From Acholeplasma laidlawii PG-8A (GTDB lineage Bacteria > Bacillota_I > Bacilli_A > Acholeplasmatales > Acholeplasmataceae): 32,000 bases of DNA. The position numbers were made by a program, and so were the translations under genes. Shown piece by piece: positions 17,550 to 26,573 of this stretch. The number at the start of each line of letters is the position of its first letter. Within the stretch, counting starts at the first letter, position 1. The stretch spans positions 300,001-332,000 of the forward strand of contig NC_010163.1 in assembly GCF_000018785.1 (NCBI RefSeq). Direction: 5' to 3'. The notes below the pieces were generated by a model, which saw nothing but the letters and a program-made list of their open reading frames with translations, searched no databases and had not been told where the DNA came from.

Positions 17550-17623
17550 TGGTGTAAATTGTAATAAAATTTAATCATATTTTTTTATAATGTAACTATA
17601 TTAAGTGAAAGTAGATAAAAATT

Positions 17624-18829
17624 ATGCAAAACTGGAAAAAGATGATTGTTTTATTTATGGTGAGTCAAACAATATCACTATTAGGTTCTATGCTTGTAAT
17701 GTATGCGATTATGTGGCATATTACTTTAAGCACATCATCTGGTTTAATGATGACTATCTATGTGCTTTGTTCATTCATTCCAGGTATTATAATGATGCCG
17801 TTTGCTGGTGTTTGGGCTGATAGGTTAGATAGAAAGAAATTGATGATCTATGCAGATTTATTAATTGCTTTTGTAACACTTATCATAGCTATTGTATTTA
17901 TTATAGGCATCAGAGATTTATGGATTGTTTTTATAGTTGCAGTCATCAGAGCATTTGGCCAAGCCATTCATCAACCAGCAGTTTTAGCAGTGTATCCATC
18001 AATTGTACCTAAAGATAAACTACTCAAAGTACAAGGGATATCTCAAGGTATACAGTCGGCATCTTTAATTATTATGCCTTTATTAGCAGGGTTACTACTT
18101 TCTTTATTTGAGATTGAATTCATCTTATTTATAGATGTTGTTACAGCGTTAATTGCAGTGGTCATGTTACTTACCGTGATTCATATACCTAAAAATGTTA
18201 ATAAACAACATATGAATGAAATCAAATATATGGAAGATATTAAAAATGGGATTAAATACGCTAGACAACATAAACTTATTTTTAGTATATTAATGTTTGC
18301 TTTTGTGTATATGATACTTGTTGCCGCACCTTCTTTTTTAACATACCTTCAAGTTGCTAGAGTATTTGGCCCTGAGGCATGGCGTTTATCTATACTAGAA
18401 ACATTATTTGGTGTAGGTATGTTGTTAGGTTCAATCGTGATTGCGCTTTGGGGTGGGTTTAAAAATAGAATGGTTACTTTCTTTTTAAGTTACATGATGA
18501 TTGGTATAGGGACAATGGGATTGGGGTTACCATTTAACTTTTGGGTTTATGTATCTATGTGGTCTTTTGTAGGATTTTTTATATCGATAAGTAGCCCAAT
18601 TATGACTACACTTATACAAGAAAAAGTAGACCCTGAATATATTGGGAGAATATTTTCTGTGTTTGGTTTAATTAATACGGTAAGTTTACCACTGGGTATG
18701 TTATTATTTGGACCCCTATCAGATGTTGTAGATATATCTTTAATTATATTACTTAGTGGATTAGGCATGGTAGTTCTATCATCAATAATGATGTTTAACA
18801 AAACACTCATTAAAGAAGGGTTTAAGTAA
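17624..18829 (+). CDS. MFS transporter
   Basis: Roughly 12 hydrophobic segments and GVWADRLDRKKLMIYADLLIA between helices 2 and 3. Confidence 0.88.
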   Translation: MQNWKKMIVLFMVSQTISLLGSMLVMYAIMWHITLSTSSGLMMTIYVLCSFIPGIIMMPFAGVWADRLDRKKLMIYADLLIAFVTLIIAIVFIIGIRDLWIVFIVAVIRAFGQAIHQPAVLAVYPSIVPKDKLLKVQGISQGIQSASLIIMPLLAGLLLSLFEIEFILFIDVVTALIAVVMLLTVIHIPKNVNKQHMNEIKYMEDIKNGIKYARQHKLIFSILMFAFVYMILVAAPSFLTYLQVARVFGPEAWRLSILETLFGVGMLLGSIVIALWGGFKNRMVTFFLSYMMIGIGTMGLGLPFNFWVYVSMWSFVGFFISISSPIMTTLIQEKVDPEYIGRIFSVFGLINTVSLPLGMLLFGPLSDVVDISLIILLSGLGMVVLSSIMMFNKTLIKEGFK

Positions 18830-18840
18830 AAATAAGCGAA

Positions 18841-18867
18841 AAAAAAGATGACGGTAGTCATCTTTTT
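18841..18867 (+). terminator. Bidirectional terminator between convergent genes
   Basis: aaaaaagatgac-ggta-gtcatctttttt. Confidence 0.85.
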
Positions 18868-18871
18868 TGAA

Positions 18872-20554
18872 CTATATATTCATAATAATTGGTAAAATCA
18901 TTGGTTTTCTTAAAGTGATATCATATATTTTGTCACTTAATTGATCAATGATCATTTGTTTTAAGTTGAGTTCATTATAACTCTTCTTTGGTAATTCTCT
19001 TAAAGTAATATGTTTAACCATGCTAGCTAAACTTGAAGTTAATTCTTCATTACCCTTCATATAAATGAAACCACGTGAGATTACAGTTGGCTCATTGATT
19101 AATGTTTTAGTTTCTAAGTCAATAGATAGGATTACTGAGAATAAACCTTCTTCAGATAATATCTTTCGTTCTCTTAAGACATTAGAACCGATATTACCAA
19201 TACCTGTACCATCAATATAAATATCTCCGGCTTGGACTTTACCTGCATAACGAATGCTTTCTTTATTAAGTGCTGCAACATCACCATTATCCATAATTAA
19301 TATATTATTTGGATCAACACCACACTCAACTGCTAATTGTTTATGACGTTTGAGCATTCGATGTTCACCGTGCATTGGTATAAAGTGTTTAGGTTTTACG
19401 AGTGTTAACATAAGTTTTAAGTCTGGTCCACTACCATGACCTGATGTATGTGTATCTGTAATAGGTCCATGGGTAATGACGTTTACATCATTTCTGAACA
19501 AGAGGTTAATGGTTTTATTAATTGGATCTTGATTACCAGGAATTGGAGAAGAAGAAAAAATTACAGTATCACCTTTAACAGTTTTAATTTGTCTGTGTGA
19601 GCCATTAGCAATTCTTGATAAAGCTGCTAAAGGTTCACCTTGAGAACCTGTAACTAATATACATGTTTCCTCTAAGGTATATTTTTTTAATTCCTCAGGT
19701 CCAACAATTGTACCCTTTTTAGGTTTAATATAACCAGATTGTTGTCCGGCTTCAATGGTTCTTTCCATGGAACGGCCAAATACCGCGATTTTACGACCGG
19801 TTAATTCGGCAGCTTCAATGATTTGTTGAATTCTATAAAGGTTAGATGCGAAGGTTGCGATAATAATTCTACCAGGGATTCTAGTAAAGAGTTCATTAAT
19901 AGAACGTCCTACTTTAGATTCAGATTGAATTAAACCGTCTTGTTCAGCATTTGTAGAGTCTGATACTAAAAGAAGTGTACCTTCTTGGCCTAAATTTGCT
20001 AATTTTTCATATTCTGCATGTGGTCCTACTGGTGTGTAGTCGATTTTAAAATCACCTGTATGAAATAATGGTCCCTCAGGCGTTCTAAACACAATACCAA
20101 ACATATCTGGAATAGAGTGGTTTAATCTAATAAAGGATACAACCACATCTTTAAAGTTATAGGTATAGTAGGATTTATATTCTTCAATTTTAGGTGCACG
20201 TAAATCTTTATGTTCACCTAATTTATATTCAATTAAATCAACAGCAATACCAGAAGCATAGATTCTTGGAATCTTTACTTGACGTAATAAATAAGGTATA
20301 CCACCAATATGATCCTCATGACCATGCGTTATGAATAAACCTACAATACGGTCCTCATTTTCTTTTAAATAAGTATAATCTGGAATCACATAATCAATAC
20401 CTAGTAGATCATCATCGGGAAAAAGGATCCCTGCGTCCACTACAAAAATTTGATTATTTATTTCATATACATAGGTATTTTTACCTACTTCACCTAATCC
20501 ACCTAGCGCAAAAACTCCGATTTCGCCGGTTTTCAACAACGTGTTTTTTGACAT
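18872..20554 (-). CDS. rnj: Ribonuclease J
   Basis: ALGGLGEVGKNTYVYE, FITHGHEDHIGGIPYLL, HTGDFKIDYTP, SGHGSGPDLKLML, IPMHGEHRML. Confidence 0.95.
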   Translation of the reverse strand: MSKNTLLKTGEIGVFALGGLGEVGKNTYVYEINNQIFVVDAGILFPDDDLLGIDYVIPDYTYLKENEDRIVGLFITHGHEDHIGGIPYLLRQVKIPRIYASGIAVDLIEYKLGEHKDLRAPKIEEYKSYYTYNFKDVVVSFIRLNHSIPDMFGIVFRTPEGPLFHTGDFKIDYTPVGPHAEYEKLANLGQEGTLLLVSDSTNAEQDGLIQSESKVGRSINELFTRIPGRIIIATFASNLYRIQQIIEAAELTGRKIAVFGRSMERTIEAGQQSGYIKPKKGTIVGPEELKKYTLEETCILVTGSQGEPLAALSRIANGSHRQIKTVKGDTVIFSSSPIPGNQDPINKTINLLFRNDVNVITHGPITDTHTSGHGSGPDLKLMLTLVKPKHFIPMHGEHRMLKRHKQLAVECGVDPNNILIMDNGDVAALNKESIRYAGKVQAGDIYIDGTGIGNIGSNVLRERKILSEEGLFSVILSIDLETKTLINEPTVISRGFIYMKGNEELTSSLASMVKHITLRELPKKSYNELNLKQMIIDQLSDKIYDITLRKPMILPIIMNI

Positions 20555-20665
20555 CTATTTAACCTCGTAACGTAAAATTATGTTAATTACATTATACACT
20601 ATAATTTCAAAATTATAAAACTTTTGTTTCATGATAAAATAGTTAGTGTAAAGATTGAGGTACTT

Positions 20666-21445
20666 ATGAAGAAATTATTTGTATTTGATTTAGATAATAC
20701 ACTACGATCAACCAATTTAAGAAAAATCTTACCAAATACTAAAAAGCTGATTCAAGAAATATCTGCAAATCCGGATTATGTGCTTGCACTTGCAACCGGT
20801 AGAGGATTAGCAAAATTAGATGTCCTAGAAGATATGGACTCATTTTTTAAATATAAAATCTTAGTCAATGGTGCCATTACCTTAGAAGATAATCTCATCT
20901 TAAATGAAAATCATATTAAAAAAGAAGTTGTTGAAGATATCATAAATGCAGCTAATCAAAGAAATATTGCAGTAGGCTTAGTTGGCATGAAGGATGAGGT
21001 CGTCACTTTTATAGATAAAGAAGTAGAAAAAGCATTTGATAATTTTGTCGACAAAAAACCAAAAGCACAACCCACATTTTATCTAGAACAACATGTATAT
21101 CAAATGTGGGTCTTTCATAAAGATGAAAAGATGCTTGAAAAAGAAATTAGGCAACACCAAGATTTAGAAATATATCATTGGCATGATGGTGGTTTTGATA
21201 TTGTACCTAAAGGGATATCTAAAGCATCAGCACTTAAAGAACTGATGAAGAAATATCCGGATTATCAAGTGATTGCTGTAGGCGATGGACATAATGATCT
21301 AGATATGATACGATTAGCTGATGTCGGTATCATCATGAAAATTTCACGTGGGATTAAAGATGCACAAGGAAGTTTTCAATATGTAGCACCTCATGTAGAT
21401 CATGATGCGCTCTATGATTTTTTAAAAACACAACACATCATATAA
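20666..21445 (+). CDS. HAD-superfamily (Cof-like) hydrolase (start corrected from the ORF track)
   Basis: MKKLFVFDLDNTLRSTN, ISKASALKELMKKYPDYQVIAVGDGHNDLDMIRLADVGIIM. ATG at 20666 is preceded by GAGG. Confidence 0.88.
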   Translation: MKKLFVFDLDNTLRSTNLRKILPNTKKLIQEISANPDYVLALATGRGLAKLDVLEDMDSFFKYKILVNGAITLEDNLILNENHIKKEVVEDIINAANQRNIAVGLVGMKDEVVTFIDKEVEKAFDNFVDKKPKAQPTFYLEQHVYQMWVFHKDEKMLEKEIRQHQDLEIYHWHDGGFDIVPKGISKASALKELMKKYPDYQVIAVGDGHNDLDMIRLADVGIIMKISRGIKDAQGSFQYVAPHVDHDALYDFLKTQHII

Positions 21446-21457
21446 GGAGTTAACAAA

Positions 21458-22363
21458 ATGTATAAGACATATGTATTAGAAAATGATTATTTAAAAGTAG
21501 AAGCAATTGATTATGCTGCAAGCATCTATCAAATATATCTAAAAGACAATGGTACGCTAAAACCATTACTTGCAACACCTAAAACAAAAGATTTATTTAT
21601 TGAAAATACACTTAATTATGGACGTACTGTTGGTCGTACAGCAGGTAGGTTATATCCTACTGAAGATACAATAAAGTATGTAGACTTTAAAGGTGAACCA
21701 AGCTATATGCATGGTGGTCCAAATAGATTTGGTACAAAGACTTTTAAGGTTAGAAAACACACAAGTGATTCCATAGAATTTGAATTAAATGTCAAAGACA
21801 TGTCAGATGGTTACCTGGGTAACTTAAATGTTTTAATAACTTATAGAATATTCCAAGGTAGTTTGGTTGTTTGGCATCAAGCTAAATCTGATAAAGACAC
21901 TTTACTTAACTTAACTTTCCACCCATATTTTAATTTAGAACAGTCAAATCATATAAGAAATCATGAATTAAAAATTGAATCTTCAACATACCTTTCCCAA
22001 AATGAACATAAGATCTTTGCTTATGAAAATGATGTAGAAGGTACACATAGAGATTTTAGAACCTTTAAACCTTTAATCATTAACGAACATAATGCCTTAG
22101 ACGATATTTACTTACTACCTAAAGATAGATATACTGCAACCCTAAGAACCAAGGATATCCAAATGCAAGTATATACAAACTATCCAGCACTTGTTGTTTA
22201 TACTCAAAAAAAAGTCAATAACACTGATTTAGTCAATGCTAAAAAAGATGAACTTTATACAGGTGTAGCAATTGAATGTCAAAAGAGCCAAAAAGATTTA
22301 AATGTGCTTAAACATGATCGTGTATATGATCACTATATCATGTATAGTTTTAATAAAATATAA
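21458..22363 (+). CDS. Aldose 1-epimerase family protein
   Basis: LNYGRTVGRTAGRLYP, YMHGGPNRFGTKTFKV, NLTFHPYFNLEQSN, NYPALVVYTQ, GVAIECQ. Confidence 0.88.
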   Translation: MYKTYVLENDYLKVEAIDYAASIYQIYLKDNGTLKPLLATPKTKDLFIENTLNYGRTVGRTAGRLYPTEDTIKYVDFKGEPSYMHGGPNRFGTKTFKVRKHTSDSIEFELNVKDMSDGYLGNLNVLITYRIFQGSLVVWHQAKSDKDTLLNLTFHPYFNLEQSNHIRNHELKIESSTYLSQNEHKIFAYENDVEGTHRDFRTFKPLIINEHNALDDIYLLPKDRYTATLRTKDIQMQVYTNYPALVVYTQKKVNNTDLVNAKKDELYTGVAIECQKSQKDLNVLKHDRVYDHYIMYSFNKI

Positions 22364-22369
22364 ACCTAT

Positions 22370-22402
22370 AAAGACCAGTTGATGACTGGTCTTTATGCTT
22401 AA
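22370..22402 (+). terminator. Intrinsic terminator-like hairpin
   Basis: ataaagaccagt-tgatg-actggtctttat perfect inverted repeat; weak T-tail. Confidence 0.6.
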
Positions 22403-22474
22403 AATTCACATATAATGCCTTATGAAAACCATGTTATAATAATAAGTAATATAAATAAAAAGTAGGTAATCACC

Positions 22475-23416
22475 ATGTTATTTGATGCACATGCAGATAT
22501 TTTAACAGATATCTATGAACAACTAAAAATAGGTAATAAAGACCCATTTACAACAAGACATTTAAATCATTATAAAAATAGTGGTATCACACACAGTATT
22601 TTTGTAAATTGGACTGATCCAGATAAAGGCACTAGAACAGATTTTTATAACTGCTTTGATGTAGCTATAAACTACATCAAGGGAAAATCGAACCTTTTTA
22701 AAATATGCTATAACACAAAAGATGTAAAAGAAGCAGTTAGTTTAAATAAACTTGGTGTATTTTTAGGTGTAGAGGGTATCAAATATTTAGATAAACCAGA
22801 AGACATAGAACTACTCTATGAAAAAGGGGTTCGTCATGCATCACTAACATGGAATGAAGTCAATGATTATGCAACAGGTTTATCCAGTGTAGAAACAGGG
22901 ATTACACCTAAAGGAAAAGAAGCTATTAAAAAAATGATGGAACTAGGTATGTTAATTGATCTTAGCCATGCCAATGAAAAAACATTTAAAGATGTTTTTG
23001 ATTTAGCAACTAAACCACTTGTTGTAACACACGGTAATGCAAAAGCGCTTTGTAATCATAAAAGAAACTACACAGATGAACAACTTCAAATGATTAAAGA
23101 TAAAAATGGAGTCATTGGTGTATGTGCTGTACCTAATTTCATATCGGGAGAAAAGACAAATCAAAATGTTTCCTATTTAGCGAAACATATTGACTACATT
23201 GTAAAACTTATAGGTATTGATCATGTAGGCATTGGACTTGATGTATGTTACTACTTATATGAAGATGTTACAAGTACACATGTAGAAGGGCTTCAAACAA
23301 TTAAAGATGCTAAAAATTTACTGAATGAACTCATCAAATTAGGCTATTCTAAAGAGGATATTGAAAAGATATCCTATAAAAACTTTCATAGAGTTTTAGA
23401 TGAAGTATTAAAATAG
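22475..23416 (+). CDS. Membrane dipeptidase (peptidase M19, renal dipeptidase family)
   Basis: LFDAHADILTD, GVEGIKYL, RHASLTWNEVNDYATG, GMLIDLSHANEKTF, VTHGNAKAL, IGLDVCYY. Confidence 0.92.
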   Translation: MLFDAHADILTDIYEQLKIGNKDPFTTRHLNHYKNSGITHSIFVNWTDPDKGTRTDFYNCFDVAINYIKGKSNLFKICYNTKDVKEAVSLNKLGVFLGVEGIKYLDKPEDIELLYEKGVRHASLTWNEVNDYATGLSSVETGITPKGKEAIKKMMELGMLIDLSHANEKTFKDVFDLATKPLVVTHGNAKALCNHKRNYTDEQLQMIKDKNGVIGVCAVPNFISGEKTNQNVSYLAKHIDYIVKLIGIDHVGIGLDVCYYLYEDVTSTHVEGLQTIKDAKNLLNELIKLGYSKEDIEKISYKNFHRVLDEVLK

Positions 23417-23782
23417 AACACCTGATTTTATGTAAAAAATTTAGGCACATAGAGTAAGCATCAATTGATACATTTATAAAGGAATAAGTATATTGTTTCA
23501 TCAATTAAAGGTTTGATTACAATATCTACCAATAAATATAACTTGTTGTACGTTTCTTTCATTATTTAAAATTTTGTTACCAGTTAAACTTAAAGATTAC
23601 CTTATATAATACACTTCTAATTTAGAGACTCCAAAACAGGATTGAATTGGTCTGATAAAACGAACTATTCATTAAATATATGTGTATGAAGAAAATTTTT
23701 TGTTATTAATGCCACACCAGTAATAATTTATTTAAAACCCATACAAAGGCAAAAAAACACAAAAATAATATTTTTACTTTAC

Positions 23783-23986
23783 AAAAGGCAAAAAGATAAT
23801 GCTACTAAGTATGTTCAAGTTACCTTAAGTATGCCTACAAATAGTACTAGACAAACAGATAACTTACTTGTAGTGAAAGATAATTATGAAAGAATCATCG
23901 TAACCTATGATTATAAGGATGTTGGTGTAATTGATGGTATAAAGATTGTTCATTTAACCACATTTTTAGATGGTTCGTTCGAATGA
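23783..23986 (+). pseudogene. Remnant resembling the C-terminus of a DUF4143-type AAA-family ATPase
   Basis: ATG-less open frame ending KDNATKYVQVTLSMPTNSTRQTDNLLVVKDNYERIIVTYDYKDVGVIDGIKIVHLTTFLDGSFE*. Resembles the YIQVxxxL...TxxRE...L..IKDNYPKxVxxxD...GIKxIxLxDFL end of that family (recalled pattern). Confidence 0.5.
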
Positions 23987-24018
23987 AATATAAATTAAAT
24001 AGACAGCTATTATATTAA

Positions 24019-24141
24019 AAGATCTCAAATGGAAATCTAATAGATTTTATAAGCCGGCAAGAGGTAGATAAAACCGCTTTTCGTTGCTATGAAGGAATCC
24101 TTGTTTATACTGAGCGATATCATTCACAATTAAGTACATAA
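24019..24141 (+). pseudogene. Short coding remnant, possibly degraded IS3-type transposase C-terminus
   Basis: Frame without start: KISNGNLIDFISRQEVDKTAFRCYEGILVYTERYHSQLST*. Loosely resembles the TREEAKxAIFEYIExFYNxxRxHSxLGY end of IS3 OrfB. Confidence 0.3.
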
Positions 24142-24226
24142 AATATTTCCAATATGATTTTAAACTACAGAAAGAAAGGAAGTTATACTCTAACTATGAT
24201 TATTGTTTTGAGTATATAAATACAAC

Positions 24227-24895
24227 ATGCCAAAACTTATAGGTATTACACCAAGACTTCTCACAGAGTCTGGTGTTGAAAAACAATTTATAAATACTAG
24301 ATATATTAAACATCTTACCCAAAGAGGATTTAATACGATCCAAATCAACTTAGATAATCCAAATAATGATGCTATCTTTGACATGTGTGATGCATTTTTA
24401 ATCACAGGTGGTACAGATGTAGACCCTATTCATTTTAATGAAACAAATGAAGGATTATCTAAAAATGTAGATAGTAGACTAGATTTAATCGATCAACAGA
24501 TTACAGAGTATGCGATAAAATCAAAAAAACCACTTTTAGGTATTTGTCGAGGTCTTCAAACAATTAATGTGTTTGCAGGTGGCTCTTTACACCAAGATTT
24601 AAAAGATTTAAATGCTACACATAACAGTGTAAAAAGTGATCATGAAGTGACTATTAAACATCATCCGTTATTTGGTTTTGAAGGCGTAATTAAGGTAAAT
24701 AGTTATCATCATCAAGCCATTAAGGATGTAGCACCTTCATTTGATGTTATAGGAAGACATATCGATGGAACCATTGAAATGATTGTACACAAAACATTAC
24801 CGATATTTGCAGTACAGTGGCATCCTGAAATAGATGCCCAACTACCTTTTTCTAAAGTAATATTTGATACTTTTGAAAGATTGGTAAAAAAATAA
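24227..24895 (+). CDS. Class I glutamine amidotransferase-like gamma-glutamyl hydrolase (peptidase C26/PuuD type)
   Basis: LITGGTDVDPIHFNE, KPLLGICRGLQTINVFAGGSLHQDL, VNSYHHQAIK, IFAVQWHPE. Confidence 0.92.
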   Translation: MPKLIGITPRLLTESGVEKQFINTRYIKHLTQRGFNTIQINLDNPNNDAIFDMCDAFLITGGTDVDPIHFNETNEGLSKNVDSRLDLIDQQITEYAIKSKKPLLGICRGLQTINVFAGGSLHQDLKDLNATHNSVKSDHEVTIKHHPLFGFEGVIKVNSYHHQAIKDVAPSFDVIGRHIDGTIEMIVHKTLPIFAVQWHPEIDAQLPFSKVIFDTFERLVKK

Positions 24896-25214
24896 TAAAG
24901 CATGTGTAATTCAACAAATGGATATTGTTTTACATAATAGATTAACCATGGTGTAAGACAAAACTTGATTTTATAACTACACTACCACCTTTCAAATTTC
25001 ATATGTTTTAATATATAAAAACCATGTCCAAACCTAAAGTTTTAGTTATATTGAATAAGATGATAACTTTGGTACTCATTTAGTGAAAGATTTACGTGTT
25101 ATTAGAACCGAAATTCAAGTTCTCTTGATTGATTTACAGTGGATGTTAAAGTTATTATTGGAAGTCTTGCATTTAGTAGAATACCAACACTAGAAACTAT
25201 ATATGACTGATTAA

Positions 25215-25361
25215 ATAGAATTTGTAGGTGAATATATATTTGACCAATCAAATAATGTAACTATCTATATAAAGGGCCAAAATCTTATTGGTTACGATCC
25301 TAAATGGAATGATAACCGTAATCAACTAGAGCACGAAAGAAATATAATATATCAATCATAA
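25215..25361 (+). pseudogene. Short coding-like remnant of unknown origin
   Basis: ATG-less frame IEFVGEYIFDQSNNVTIYIKGQNLIGYDPKWNDNRNQLEHERNIIYQS*, with low-stop, protein-like composition in an otherwise non-coding stretch. Confidence 0.35.
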
Positions 25362-25420
25362 ATAAAAGACCACTTGATTTTGTTAAATGTGATTTAACAA
25401 TGCACTCAAGTGGTCTTTTA

Positions 25421-25924
25421 TTATTTAAGTTTTGATAATTTCTTTATAACCATATCTATAATTTGTTCAGGGATATATAAAGATATATCCGCATCATGAT
25501 ATACAAGTTCTTTAATACTAGAACTAGAGACAAAATGATTTCTAGAAGAAGGGAATAATACGACTGTTTCTACATTTGGATTTAAGTTCTTATTAAACTG
25601 GTATAACATATACTCGTTTTCATAATCGGCAATATTTCTAAGTCCTCTAAAGAGTACCTTAATACTATGCTTATCAGCATATCTTACGACCAAATCAGAT
25701 GTATAGCTAATTAATATGTTGGGAATGTGAGCAGTAGATTTTTTTATCATTTCTACACGTTCTTCAGCTGTAAAAGAAAACTTCTTTTTAGGGTTATCTG
25801 CAATAACGATGTGTAACACATCTACCAGTTCAGATGCACGCTCAATAACATCTAAATGCCCTAGTGTAAGTGGGTCAAATGAACCTGGATATAGTCCTTT
25901 TTTCATAACGGTGTTTTTAGACAT
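25421..25924 (-). CDS. coaD: Pantetheine-phosphate adenylyltransferase
   Basis: GLYPGSFDPLTLGHLDVIERAS, LFRGLRNIADYENEY, SSRNHFVSSSSIKEL. Confidence 0.96.
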   Translation of the reverse strand: MSKNTVMKKGLYPGSFDPLTLGHLDVIERASELVDVLHIVIADNPKKKFSFTAEERVEMIKKSTAHIPNILISYTSDLVVRYADKHSIKVLFRGLRNIADYENEYMLYQFNKNLNPNVETVVLFPSSRNHFVSSSSIKELVYHDADISLYIPEQIIDMVIKKLSKLK

Positions 25925-26032
25925 TTAACTCGAATTTATTGGAGTAAATATCTTGTCCTTTCAATTTCTTTTCCTATATAGATATTTTTTGCAGCATATC
26001 TATTAATATTTTAACACATTTGTGTTTTTATC

Positions 26033-26061
26033 TTGTTATTTAGTTGTATAAATGCTATAAT
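26033..26061 (+). promoter_or_regulatory. Extended -10 sigma70 promoter of the rimP-infB operon
   Basis: TTGTTA, 17-nt spacer, TATAAT preceded by TGC (TGnTATAAT). Confidence 0.7.
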
Positions 26062-26068
26062 TTTTTAT

Positions 26069-26108
26069 AGAAGATGAGTGGGGCTGTATTAGTTCTCACT
26101 TCTTTTTT
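26069..26108 (+). terminator. Leader hairpin and T-run (attenuator-like) upstream of rimP
   Basis: agaag(a)tgag ... ctcacttct followed by TTTTT, beginning right at the predicted transcription start. Confidence 0.6.
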
Positions 26109-26117
26109 GAAGAGGTA

Positions 26118-26558
26118 ATGTATATGAATATTAATGTAATTAAAGAAAAAGTAAAATCCATACTAGATCCAAAAGATATCATAGTTTATGATATATTTGA
26201 AGAAAAAATGGGTAAGGAAAAAATTCTTACGATTTTACTTGATGCAACACTTGATCATGAGCATTTAGAAAAAGTGCATATGGAAGTTCTAGATTATATA
26301 AATGATGATTTAGATGATGACTATTATTTACAAATGTCAACTGTTGGTATTGAAAAAGAACTAAGGAATTTAGAAGAAGTTCAAAGACATGTTGGCGGGT
26401 ATGTATATTTAGAAAGTGATGCATACACAGGTAATGCTACTTTAAATGACGTGATTGATAATGAACTACACATTAGTTTTTTCATTAAAGGGCGTCCAAA
26501 AAAACTACAAATTAAATATGAAAACATAAGATTTATCCGCCAAGCGGTTAAATTTTAA
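26118..26558 (+). CDS. rimP: Ribosome maturation factor RimP
   Basis: Upstream of nusA; YLQMSTVGIEKELRNLEEVQRHVGGYVYL corresponds to the RimP VSSPGxxRPL...FxxxxGxxVxV region. Confidence 0.88.
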   Translation: MYMNINVIKEKVKSILDPKDIIVYDIFEEKMGKEKILTILLDATLDHEHLEKVHMEVLDYINDDLDDDYYLQMSTVGIEKELRNLEEVQRHVGGYVYLESDAYTGNATLNDVIDNELHISFFIKGRPKKLQIKYENIRFIRQAVKF

Positions 26559-26573
26559 AAGGAGAGAATAAAA

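Noticed and set aside
17605-17820. 71-aa ORF overlapping the start of the MFS transporter
   Set aside because: Alternate frame of a clearly conserved transporter N-terminus, with an implausible amino-acid composition.
23417-24226. CRISPR array, riboswitch or T-box in the large intergenic gap
   Set aside because: No regularly spaced direct repeats, T-box sequence (TGGxACCGCG) or known riboswitch core was seen. The gap is better explained by decayed coding fragments.
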